DNA of 64,000 bases, taken from positions 68,347 to 132,346 of the forward strand of contig JBMNOG010000001.1 of the NCBI GenBank assembly GCA_050942955.1, read 5' to 3'. This DNA is from Patescibacteria group bacterium. GTDB lineage: Bacteria > Patescibacteriota > Microgenomatia > UBA1400 > UBA1449. Below the pieces are notes generated by a model. The model worked only from the letters and a program-made list of their open reading frames with translations, ran no database searches and was not told where the DNA came from. Shown in pieces: positions 31,223 to 40,441 of the stretch. A program made the position numbers and the translations under genes. How positions within the stretch are numbered: the stretch's first letter is position 1; each line of letters begins with the position of its first letter.

Positions 31223-31546
31223 ATGAAAGCTAAAATTCATCCTAACTATCGTCATGACGTAAAAGTCACTTGTGCTTGTGGCAACACCTTTACCACCGGT
31301 TCAGTGCTATCTGAAATTAATGTTGATATCTGCAGCGCTTGCCATCCTTTTTATACTGGGGAGATGAAGTTTGTAGACACACAGGGAAGAGTAGAACGCT
31401 TTAAGCAGAAAATGCAAAAGGGTTCAAAAAGCTATGTTTCTAAGAAGCAGCGCAAGCAAGCTAAGAAAGCCTCCGAAGAAAAAACTCAGGAAGTTAAAAC
31501 CTTGAAAGAGATGATTCAGGATCAGCGAAAAGCTAAAGCTTCCTAG
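31223..31546 (+). CDS. rpmE: 50S ribosomal protein L31 (zinc type, extended C-terminus)
   Basis: [29 protein letters not shown]. Confidence 0.97.
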   Translation: MKAKIHPNYRHDVKVTCACGNTFTTGSVLSEINVDICSACHPFYTGEMKFVDTQGRVERFKQKMQKGSKSYVSKKQRKQAKKASEEKTQEVKTLKEMIQDQRKAKAS

Positions 31547-31639
31547 ATAACACCATCTCATGTCATACTAAAAACTGATCTTCACAATGATTTTTCCTTA
31601 GAAAATAAGGGTGTTTTTGTCGTACAATATTTTAAAACT

Positions 31640-32563
31640 ATGGATACTACTAACCTACCAGACTATCTCAAGCCTCAAGTTGAAGCTATTGATGCCAAAA
31701 TCCAGGAGGCGCAGTCACTGCTTAAAGATCCTCTTATGGCAGAAATGGCTCATGAGGAAATCAAGCGCTTGGAAATGCAGAAAGAGGCTCTGGTCCAAAC
31801 TGTTACAGGAAGCGAAGATGAAGGCGAAACTACTGAAAGCGGAGTTAATCCCAACGTTGCTATTGTCGAAATCAGGGGAGCTGCCGGAGGTGAAGAAGCC
31901 AAAATCTGGGCAACAGATCTTCTGAGAATGTATTTGCGCTTTGCGGAAAGAAACAGCTGGAAAATTAGTACTTTGGATGATTTAACCCTTAAAATTAAAG
32001 GGGGAGAAGCTTATACTCTTTTGCAATTTGAGTCAGGGGTGCATAGAGTGCAGCGTATTCCGATTACAGAGAAAAACGGCCGGATTCATACCTCAACTGC
32101 TACAGTGGCAATTTTACCTATCGTTCCTAAAACCCAGATCAAACTTAATCCAAGCGATCTTGAGTGGAGCTTCTCAAGAGCTGGAGGCCATGGTGGACAG
32201 AATGTTAACAAAGTTTCTACTGCTGTAAGGCTTCTTCACAAACCTACAGGTATTGTAGTTTCTTGCCGTCAGGAACGAACCCAAATGCAAAACCGGATAA
32301 TTGCAGAAGACTTGCTTAGGTCAAGACTTTGGGAAATGGAAGAAGAGAAGCGTTTGTCTAAGATAACCACTGAAAGACGCTCTGCAGTCGGCCGAGGTAT
32401 GCGTTCAGAAAAAATCAGAACCTACAACTATCCCCAAAACAGAGTTACAGATCATCGTATCGGTAAATCCTGGTATGCTCTGGAAAGCGTTATGGATGGA
32501 GATCTGAAAACTATCGTCGAGACACTGCAAAAAGCTGCTAATGAGCCTGAAGCTTCACAGTAA
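31640..32563 (+). CDS. prfA: Peptide chain release factor 1 (shortened)
   Basis: [24 protein letters not shown] (PxT, RF1 type), [22 protein letters not shown]. Confidence 0.92.
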   Translation: MDTTNLPDYLKPQVEAIDAKIQEAQSLLKDPLMAEMAHEEIKRLEMQKEALVQTVTGSEDEGETTESGVNPNVAIVEIRGAAGGEEAKIWATDLLRMYLRFAERNSWKISTLDDLTLKIKGGEAYTLLQFESGVHRVQRIPITEKNGRIHTSTATVAILPIVPKTQIKLNPSDLEWSFSRAGGHGGQNVNKVSTAVRLLHKPTGIVVSCRQERTQMQNRIIAEDLLRSRLWEMEEEKRLSKITTERRSAVGRGMRSEKIRTYNYPQNRVTDHRIGKSWYALESVMDGDLKTIVETLQKAANEPEASQ

Positions 32564-32889
32564 ATTCACCTCTTACCTCATGAAGATAGATTTTTCTGGA
32601 TATTTCCTGCTCCTCATATAAATACATGTATTTCACACGATAAATGGCATAATACAAGTAAAATAGTCCAAAAACTTCAGAAAGTAAAACCTACGGGAAT
32701 TAAAATAGAAGAAACCCAGCTCTTTGCTGAAAATAGAGATATATCCGTATTTACCACTCTACTCCCCTAATAACGGCTTTGATTTAATGTTTCCCCTAGA
32801 AGGAAAGCAGTAGCAGGAAACAATGCGCCAACTCCTTGGACGAGCTTATTACAATGGCAATGATAGATATAATTTATACGTATAGCTAC

Positions 32890-34098
32890 CTACTGAGCAG
32901 TCTCTTCCAGAATAGCCGTGGCTGTCTTTTTCTCACCGTTGCGCCAATACTCAATCTCAATTGTATCGCCAATTTTTTTCTGGCCGATTATCTTAGCTAG
33001 TCCTCCCTCAACATCACCCAAAGATTGTCCATCCAGCTTCATGATAATATCGCCATTTTCCAGTCCTGCTTTCGCTGCCGGAGAACCTTCAATCACTGTA
33101 ACTAAGTATGCTCCTTCTGGTACCTCATTAAGAAGTGCCAAATCCTTGGATATCATCTTGTACTGGACCCCCAGATAAGCGCGTTCAAACCGGCCGGTCT
33201 GGTTAAAGTTATCAATAGATTGCTTAACCACGTTAATAGGAATTGCAAAGGATATATTATCAGCTCCTCCAGCTGTTGCTACGTTCACTCCAATAACCTG
33301 GCCAAGGGAATTAAGCAACGGCCCCCCGGAATTGCCGGGATTGATTGCAGCATCAGTCTGAATCACATTCTCCAATCTTTCGGAACTGGCTCCAAACACA
33401 TCACCAGCAACAATTCCCCTACCTAAGCCTGAGATCACCCCAGTTGTCACAGTATTACGGAATTCTCCTAAGGCCGTGCCAATAGCAACCACAAACTGGC
33501 CTACTTCAAGATTGTCAGAATTTCCCAAAGGTAATGGTTTTAAATCTGATCCCGCTATTTTAAGGATTGCCAAATCTAATGTAGGATCGCGGTAAATGTT
33601 TTCAACCTTGTACTCTTTATTGTCCACTGAGATAACTTTGTACTCGGCATCTGTATCAGCAACCACATGCTTATTGGTTACAATGAGACCATCGTCTGTT
33701 AAAACAAAACCAGTACCGATATCTTGCTCAATCTCCTGTTCCTCGATTTGAGGATTTTGCTGTTGTCCAAAAAAACCAAATGGGTCAAAAAGATTTCCAA
33801 AGGGATTGCCGCGCAATATACGCTGGGTCTTTTGAATCCCAACAGTAACTACTGAAGGCGAAGCGTTCTTAACTACATCAATAACCAATGATTCTTCTGA
33901 AACAATTTTTTGCTCAACTAAAACCGCTCCTTCAGCTTCTGTATTTTTGTCTTTAGCAACCGACGAGAAATACTTTCCGATTATTTCATCCCCGTAATAA
34001 CCACCAATAGCACCTCCAACCAACCCACTTACAATGAGTAATAGCGACAAAAACATTAATAAAATAATGTTTTTTGTTGGACTTACAGTTGTACTCAT
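32890..34098 (-). CDS. htrA: HtrA/DegP serine protease with PDZ domain
   Basis: TM anchor, TNKHVV, DLAILK, TDAAINPGNSGGPL, C-terminal PDZ (GSPAAKAGL..GD.I). Confidence 0.95.
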   Translation of the reverse strand: MSTTVSPTKNIILLMFLSLLLIVSGLVGGAIGGYYGDEIIGKYFSSVAKDKNTEAEGAVLVEQKIVSEESLVIDVVKNASPSVVTVGIQKTQRILRGNPFGNLFDPFGFFGQQQNPQIEEQEIEQDIGTGFVLTDDGLIVTNKHVVADTDAEYKVISVDNKEYKVENIYRDPTLDLAILKIAGSDLKPLPLGNSDNLEVGQFVVAIGTALGEFRNTVTTGVISGLGRGIVAGDVFGASSERLENVIQTDAAINPGNSGGPLLNSLGQVIGVNVATAGGADNISFAIPINVVKQSIDNFNQTGRFERAYLGVQYKMISKDLALLNEVPEGAYLVTVIEGSPAAKAGLENGDIIMKLDGQSLGDVEGGLAKIIGQKKIGDTIEIEYWRNGEKKTATAILEETAQ

Positions 34099-34152
34099 GT
34101 GCCTCCTCTGTATAACGGTTTTACTTTAACATAGCAATAAAGTATGAAAAGC

Positions 34153-34560
34153 TTATGAAGCTGTGATTTTTAGAGTTATCTTAGCCCGGTTTTTGCCAAT
34201 TTTCAAATTAATTAGGTAACTGCCCACATGTTTTATGGGTTCGGGCAATTTTACATCAATCGGCTGTTTGTACCCCAAAGCTTTTTTAATCTGTTGCTTA
34301 CCAATACTACCGTAAAGCTCCCCTTCTTCATTAGCTTTTGTCTTAATCGTTATAGTTTTTCCGTCAATTTTTTGTGCCACTTCTCTTTGTTCCCGATCCT
34401 TCTCCTTGAGTTTTTCCTGTTTCTTCTGCGCCTTTTCTGCGAGGTCTTCCAAAACTGTTTCCGTAGCTTTTACAGCCAGACCCTTAGGGATAAGGTAATT
34501 CAAAGCATAGCTGTCATTAACTTCAGTAAGTTCATTATTTTTTGTAAGCACAACTTTCAT
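34153..34560 (-). CDS. rplI: 50S ribosomal protein L9 (N-terminal domain shortened)
   Basis: MKVVL..EV..SYA.NYLIPKGLA, G.LYGSI, PIK.VG.Y. Confidence 0.9.
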   Translation of the reverse strand: MKVVLTKNNELTEVNDSYALNYLIPKGLAVKATETVLEDLAEKAQKKQEKLKEKDREQREVAQKIDGKTITIKTKANEEGELYGSIGKQQIKKALGYKQPIDVKLPEPIKHVGSYLINLKIGKNRAKITLKITAS

Positions 34561-34563
34561 ACA

Positions 34564-35979
34564 TTACTGCATTAGTAGTTCTACTGCTTTGTTAAGCTGA
34601 ATATCATTTGTTGGGTCTTCTTCATCCAATTTTACCTCAACATCAGGAGTTAAACCTTTTTCATGAACCCACTCACCCTTAGGAGTCAACCATCTGGCGA
34701 TAGTTATATGAACACCAGACCCGTCATCATAATCCACTACTGACTGGATTGTTCCCTTGCCAAATGATTGTTCGCCAACTATTTGTGTCCGGCCGTGATC
34801 TCTTAAAGCTCCGGCTAAAATCTCCGAAGCAGAAGCGCTGCCTTTGTTAACGAGTACTACTAACGGAGTAGTAAGTAGTCTTCCATATCGTTGCGTCTTA
34901 AACTCCTGGGTAGGTAACTTTGAATGCTCCTGTTTAACTACCACCTGGCCCAAGGGTAAAAACTCAGCAGCCAAGTTAACCGCGCTTTCCATGTACCCAC
35001 CTGGGTTATTTCTAAGATCCAAAACTACTCCAGAAACCTGACTGCCTCTTTTAGTAATCTCTTCAACCGCTTTATCCCACTGTTCTTCAGTAAGTTCACC
35101 AAAACGGCTGAGGCGCAGGTGAGCGACTAGCTGACCGCTATCCGAAGCTTCAGTAAACTTGCCTTCTTCCAATCTCCCAAAGGCTACTTCTACAGAAGGT
35201 ACCAAAATAGTTTCCCGTACCAAATCTACTTCATAGGTTTCGGTCGCTCCATCGTGAAGAAGTGTCAGAGTTACGATAGTCCCTTTTTCACCCCGTATAT
35301 GTTCAACTGCTTCGGCAAGAGACATACCATACGTTTCTTTTTCAAGTCCTTTGCCTTCATCTTTAATCTTTAAAATGAGATCTCCGGCTTTAACCCCTGC
35401 TTTTTCTGCCGGCATCCCGGATATCGGGGCAATAACCACCATCTGGTCACCCATTTTGTATCCCAGCTGAATACCAACTCCTTCAAATGAACCGTTCAGG
35501 TTTTCTTTAGAAGTCTGATTTTGTCTTGGCGGAAAGTAGGCTGTGTATGGATCTTCTAAAGCAGAGGTCATCCCTTTTATGGCTCCATGCACCATTTTTT
35601 CGTAATCAATCTTATCTTTAAATAAGTAATTCTGTTCTAGTTGATCCCAAACTCTCCAGAAAAGAGACATATCTACTAACTTGTCGCTCGGCTGACTACG
35701 GTCTACCGTTACCTTTTGCTCAACAATCTCTTGCTTAAGTCCAGGAATTATATCTTTAACAGAAGTAATGTTATACCTGCCGACAAACCAGCCACCCCAC
35801 CCTGTTAACGCTAACAAGCAAAATATTAGCACTAGGTTTCTAACTGCAGTTAGTGGTACAGATTTTTTCGTTGTCTCCATGTTTAGAGTTATTTTTGTTG
35901 ACTCACTATTTTGTCTTAATTGAGGATTTTTATCAAGCTGAGGTTTAAATTGCTTGGAGCGTAATTCTTTTTTAGGCAT
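34564..35979 (-). CDS. ctpA: C-terminal processing protease S41 (CtpA/Prc)
   Basis: DPYT, FEGVGI, PDZ domain, DLRNNPGG, SASASEILAGAL, FGKG. Confidence 0.93.
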   Translation of the reverse strand: MPKKELRSKQFKPQLDKNPQLRQNSESTKITLNMETTKKSVPLTAVRNLVLIFCLLALTGWGGWFVGRYNITSVKDIIPGLKQEIVEQKVTVDRSQPSDKLVDMSLFWRVWDQLEQNYLFKDKIDYEKMVHGAIKGMTSALEDPYTAYFPPRQNQTSKENLNGSFEGVGIQLGYKMGDQMVVIAPISGMPAEKAGVKAGDLILKIKDEGKGLEKETYGMSLAEAVEHIRGEKGTIVTLTLLHDGATETYEVDLVRETILVPSVEVAFGRLEEGKFTEASDSGQLVAHLRLSRFGELTEEQWDKAVEEITKRGSQVSGVVLDLRNNPGGYMESAVNLAAEFLPLGQVVVKQEHSKLPTQEFKTQRYGRLLTTPLVVLVNKGSASASEILAGALRDHGRTQIVGEQSFGKGTIQSVVDYDDGSGVHITIARWLTPKGEWVHEKGLTPDVEVKLDEEDPTNDIQLNKAVELLMQ

Positions 35980-35987
35980 AGAAATCG

Positions 35988-36755
35988 CTATCCAACTAAC
36001 ATAACTTTCTCTTCTCCATTAACTACGAGGTGTTTATTATGGAAAGAGGCAAGCTGCTTTTTGTCTGGTAGTAAAATAAAGCCCATATGTATTTTGTTGT
36101 GCAACTCCACCTCCAGTCTCTCCCCTTCTTCAACTACCCCTCCTGAAGCAACAATAGCCGTAACTCCTACAGCACAGGCTTTATACATTTCTTTAACTGT
36201 CGGCACTGTTGGAAGCAATAAAATTTTGCCCTGCATCTCAGGCACAAGCATCTGTGCAGAAAACTCATGCTCGATAAGTAAGCCCTCTCCCTCACCATGA
36301 CCAAAACCAATTAGTCCCTCAACTTGTTTGCCATTATCTGCTTTAGATTGTTTAGTTAGATCTTTAGTGGTTTCTGTCTTTTCCTCTGTAGTCTCAAGTT
36401 TAGGCTTTTCAACTACTAATAGCTCTGTATCTTTTTCGGGAGCATTAACTTTGAGATGTTTTTCTTTTGGGGCTTCTTTTACGAGTAGTTCAGAAGATTT
36501 CTCTGAAATTGAAGTCTTGCCTAGTTTTGTACCATCTAGCTCAACAATAAGCGTTCCATTGATGGTATCAATATTAGCTACTATTCCGGCTACAGGAGAC
36601 TGGATCTCGGTTTTATCAAAACCCAGGAAGGGTTTCTTACAAGCCAGTACAATCCCTTCTGAGATTTTAGAACCTATAGAGACAGAGAGGTACTTGGCAA
36701 TTTCAACCGGTTTTACTTTTAGGGGTAGTGCAATATCAATAGCAACCGTCGACAT
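35988..36755 (-). CDS. Hypothetical protein with a hybrid-barrel-like N-terminus
   Basis: Co-oriented operon member; V..G..I.EG..LA...I.SPVAG.V..I pattern. Confidence 0.7.
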   Translation of the reverse strand: MSTVAIDIALPLKVKPVEIAKYLSVSIGSKISEGIVLACKKPFLGFDKTEIQSPVAGIVANIDTINGTLIVELDGTKLGKTSISEKSSELLVKEAPKEKHLKVNAPEKDTELLVVEKPKLETTEEKTETTKDLTKQSKADNGKQVEGLIGFGHGEGEGLLIEHEFSAQMLVPEMQGKILLLPTVPTVKEMYKACAVGVTAIVASGGVVEEGERLEVELHNKIHMGFILLPDKKQLASFHNKHLVVNGEEKVMLVG

Positions 36756-36834
36756 GTAGGCAGAAGAAAATCAAAGCTCTTTTAAAACCCTGATTCTCCT
36801 TTAAGGAAATGTTAATATCCTTTGTTGTAGTCAC

Positions 36835-37077
36835 TTACTTTACACTTGCTACAAAAGGAAGTAATGCCAAATGCCTTGCCCGTTTAACTGCGATCGTTAG
36901 TTGTCTTTGGGTTTTTGCTGTTAAGCCTGTCCGACTCTTGGGTAAAATCTTGCCACGGTCACTTAAGTAAGGCAAAAGCTCATCGACTTTTTTGTAATCC
37001 GGCTGTATACCGGCTTTAACAAAAGGATCGTTTGTTTTTACTGGCGGTAACTTATGAACCTTTTTTCTTTTTGCCAT
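36835..37077 (-). CDS. rpsR: 30S ribosomal protein S18 (zinc-free form)
   Basis: DYK....[32 protein letters not shown]. Confidence 0.97.
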   Translation of the reverse strand: MAKRKKVHKLPPVKTNDPFVKAGIQPDYKKVDELLPYLSDRGKILPKSRTGLTAKTQRQLTIAVKRARHLALLPFVASVK

Positions 37078-37097
37078 TTTTTTTCTAAACTTTATAA

Positions 37098-37637
37098 CTA
37101 GAATGGAATGTCGTCAGCACTAACCTCTTCGGAAGTACTTTCCTGAGCGGTTTTTGACTCTTTGGCTTTACCGTCTTTCTTTTCAGCTTTTTCAGTTTTA
37201 GCAGGAGCTTTATCAGACTGAGTTTTTGGCTCTTCTACTTTGGTTTCTACTTCTGCTACAGGAGGAGAAGCGTTTTCGGCACTAGTCTCCTCATCTTTTC
37301 TACGGCTGTCAAGAACAATCATATCATCAATAACTACCTCAGTTGTCTGGCGTTCCTGACCGTCTTGGGTAGTCCAAGACCTAGTCTGCAACCGACCTTC
37401 AACATAAATCTTGCGACCCTTGAAAAGGAGCTGGTTACATAATTCTGCAAGCTTATTCCAGGAAACCAGTCTATGAAACTCGGTTTCTTCCTGTCTTTGG
37501 CCTGAGGAATCAGTCCATGATCTGTTAGTTGCCAAACCAATAGTACAAACTGGTGTACCCTGTGGAGTATAACGTAACTCCGGATCTCTGGTCAGGTTTC
37601 CAATTAGCTGAACTTTGTTTAAACTGCGTGAAGACAT
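37098..37637 (-). CDS. ssb: Single-stranded DNA-binding protein
   Basis: [30 protein letters not shown]-terminal DDIPF. Confidence 0.97.
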   Translation of the reverse strand: MSSRSLNKVQLIGNLTRDPELRYTPQGTPVCTIGLATNRSWTDSSGQRQEETEFHRLVSWNKLAELCNQLLFKGRKIYVEGRLQTRSWTTQDGQERQTTEVVIDDMIVLDSRRKDEETSAENASPPVAEVETKVEEPKTQSDKAPAKTEKAEKKDGKAKESKTAQESTSEEVSADDIPF

Positions 37638-37739
37638 ACATCCTCCTTTTAACTCACTGTAATCGCATCAGATACAGATCTTTTTTGTAAATTTTAATAA
37701 TACACTTAATAATAAAGAATTTTTACGTTAATTTCAAAG

Positions 37740-38006
37740 TTATACTCTAACAACAAGGCTTCGGAGCAGATCTTCTTCTAAGCGGATTTTTTCCTCTAAC
37801 TCTTTAATAGTTTTTGGCTCAGCCTCAACTTTAAAGTAGAGATACTTAGCCTCTTCAAGCTTGTTAATCGGATACGCTAAAGATTTGACCCCCCAATCTT
37901 CTTCTTTAATAACTTTAGCTTTTGCACTTTTTATAAAGTCTTCCAGTCTTTTAGGAAGTTCTTTATTTTTTTTGTCAAAAACAAATGTAAGTTCGTATTT
38001 TGCCAT
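37740..38006 (-). CDS. rpsF: 30S ribosomal protein S6
   Basis: YELTF, WG.K.LAYPI.K, rpsF-ssb-rpsR gene order. Confidence 0.95.
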   Translation of the reverse strand: MAKYELTFVFDKKNKELPKRLEDFIKSAKAKVIKEEDWGVKSLAYPINKLEEAKYLYFKVEAEPKTIKELEEKIRLEEDLLRSLVVRV

Positions 38007-38065
38007 AAAATCCTCAATTAATAAGTAAAATGCTATTTTATACTAAAATTAATTTTTTGCACTCT

Positions 38066-38090
38066 GTCCGTGCTTAGTCCGTGCTTAGTC
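38066..38090. repeat. 11-bp tandem repeat upstream of rpsF
   Basis: GTCCGTGCTTA x2 plus GTC. Confidence 0.7.
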
Positions 38091-38112
38091 TGAAGGATTA
38101 TAACACTTTCTC

Positions 38113-38609
38113 CTAGGCAAGCAAATAATTAAAAAAGGGGTTATTCAAGAAATAATACACGCTGGAAAAGTGTCCGGATAATAGAGTAATAAGAAAGAGA
38201 GATACATAGAGGTTAGTAAGTACACCGTATGCTACACCTGCGACAATTGATTTCGACTTACCGGCCACATATTTATTCCGTACTTGAGTATAAATAAAAG
38301 CAAAATGAATCACAAAAAATAAATCAGCAGTAATAAAAGTAATTCTTAACAAAGCGGGAGAAGGAGCAATGTGAAGTGGGTATTTCTCATCTATAACACG
38401 TCTACTAACATCATCTAGAGAATATACTAGAATATCTGAAGCTATACTATAGAACACTACTGAAGGGATAAACTTAAAAACTGCTTATCGAACAAATTGT
38501 TAGAAATTCTTAACAGCTTCAGGACTCCCAGTAAGATAATCAATCTAAAAACACAAAAAGAGAGGAGTAGTATTAAGAGAAGAAATATCCAAGCAAGTAA
38601 CTTAACCAT
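38113..38609 (-). pseudogene. Frameshifted membrane protein gene
   Basis: ORF from ATG 38609 (MVKLLAWIFLLLILL...) stops at 38457; one extra T in the T5 run at 38476-38480 joins it to the 114-aa hydrophobic ORF. Confidence 0.5.
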
Positions 38610-38670
38610 ACTTCAATTAAAAAGGATTATTTTTGCTGTGACAATACGGAAACATAAGAGAAAAAGGTGC

Positions 38671-39777
38671 TTACCTTCCAATCATAAACTCAACCACATC
38701 CCCGTCCTGCATAATATAATCCCTGCCTTCCTGTCTGACTTTTCCCTGTTCTCTCGCGTTTTTCCAACCACCCAGCTCAACAAACTTCTTCCAATTAATA
38801 ACTTGAGCTTTGATAAATTTCTTGGAGAAATCAGTGTGAATAACTCCTGCTGCTTCCTGTGCAATTGTGCCTTTTTTAATTGTCCAGGCTCTGGCTTCGA
38901 TGATTCCTGCAGTTAGAAAACTTATGAGGCCTAGTTTACCGTACGCCACCTTTGCCATCTGATCAATCCCTGACTTATCAAGCCCCATTTCACTCAGGTA
39001 CTCTTTTTGTTCATTTTCAGGCAATTCGCTTAGCTGAGCTTCCAATTTTGCTGATATATAAACCACATCTGAGGATAAAACCCCCAGCTTTTCGTGCATG
39101 TTTTTTTCGGTTTTTGTTAGGAGCTGGTCCTCAGACAGATTAACCGCATAGATCTCAGGTTTTATCGTCAAAAAGCACAAGGGCTGAACAATTTCTAACT
39201 CTTTATCCGTAAACTCAACAGTATTGAGCATCTTACTCTCGTTAAGCGCATCTTCAACTTTTTTGTAGATATTTAGGATAACTTCCTTTTCCTTAACGCT
39301 CTGGACTTTAAGCTTTGCTTCTTTAGCTTTTTTAACTGTTTCCATGTCTTTTAAGATAAGCTCAGTCCTGACTGTTTCCAAGTCCTCAACCGGATCCATT
39401 TTCCCTGTTACAACGACATCGCTGTCTTCAAATGCGCGCAAAACGTGACAGATAAGGTCAGTTTCTCTGATGTAGGCAAGAAACTGGTTGCCTAACCCTT
39501 CGCCCTGGGAAGCTCCGGCAACTAGTCCGGCGATATCGTAGAACTCAATGGTGGCCGGTTTTTTCGGCACACTCCCCTGCTCGAGCTTCTCATTCTTCTC
39601 AACCACTTCAGCCAATTTCTCAAGCCTCTCATCAGAAACTTCAACAATGCCTACATTCGGCTCGATGGTTGCAAACGGGTAGTTTGCCGCCAAAGCCGCC
39701 TGCCTTTTAAGTAAGGCATTAAAAAGTGTTGACTTACCAACATTTGGAAGACCAACGATTCCGACAGAGAGAGACAT
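38671..39777 (-). CDS. ychF: Ribosome-binding ATPase YchF
   Basis: GIVGLPNVGKSTLFNAL, NYPFATIEPN, DIAGLV, AGVIHTDF, EGRDYIMQDGDV. Confidence 0.97.
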   Translation of the reverse strand: MSLSVGIVGLPNVGKSTLFNALLKRQAALAANYPFATIEPNVGIVEVSDERLEKLAEVVEKNEKLEQGSVPKKPATIEFYDIAGLVAGASQGEGLGNQFLAYIRETDLICHVLRAFEDSDVVVTGKMDPVEDLETVRTELILKDMETVKKAKEAKLKVQSVKEKEVILNIYKKVEDALNESKMLNTVEFTDKELEIVQPLCFLTIKPEIYAVNLSEDQLLTKTEKNMHEKLGVLSSDVVYISAKLEAQLSELPENEQKEYLSEMGLDKSGIDQMAKVAYGKLGLISFLTAGIIEARAWTIKKGTIAQEAAGVIHTDFSKKFIKAQVINWKKFVELGGWKNAREQGKVRQEGRDYIMQDGDVVEFMIGR

Positions 39778-39943
39778 ATCAAAGTATTATAACTTATTTC
39801 GTAACAAGGTATCTCAGATATAAGTTAATCAATACTAAGAGCGCTTAAAACAGTTGTTCGGATATATTAAAAAACCTCTGAATACTAATCCCTCCAGTTT
39901 ATTAGAACAGCTTTCAGTTTCCTTGAAAGAAAGGTTTGAGGAA

Positions 39944-40207
39944 CTATTGCTCAACAACTAAATTTTTCAGTCCCCAAACTCCCTGAAGGTATTGTGCAGT
40001 AATTTTATCAATAGGGCACAGACAGTTTTCTTTTATTAATTTCAGTTCGTCGTGGGTTAGGCTGTTATACCTTCCCATTATCCCATCCCCCGTCTGCATC
40101 TGTAACCACAACTCTGTCGGGTTTTTTGCCTCTAAAAACAAATTTTTGTCTTGAACTTCTTGGCTCTCCATCGCTACACTAATTTCTACTCTTTCTGTCA
40201 CTGCCAT
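39944..40207 (-). CDS. Hypothetical protein
   Basis: Stand-alone ORF MAVTERVEIS... in an otherwise empty gap. Confidence 0.45.
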   Translation of the reverse strand: MAVTERVEISVAMESQEVQDKNLFLEAKNPTELWLQMQTGDGIMGRYNSLTHDELKLIKENCLCPIDKITAQYLQGVWGLKNLVVEQ

Positions 40208-40441
40208 AGATTTTTGATTATATTTATGACGGAGTATACCACACACTAATTAGTAATTATTTTTTAAAGAAGTTAATTCTCGCTGAGCCGACTAGGACAG
40301 AACAGAGTTTGAAAATCAAATTTGGAAACTAGTATTCGCTTATAAAATAATACTATTACTAGATTCGCTTCTATCTCTCCTTGCGAAACTCATCCTGTTT
40401 GCGTAGTATAGTTTTTGACTAGAAACTTTTTTCCTGCCCAA

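Noticed and set aside
32564-32889. Possible decayed gene between prfA and htrA
   Set aside because: Only short hydrophobic stretches broken by stops; no family could be assigned.
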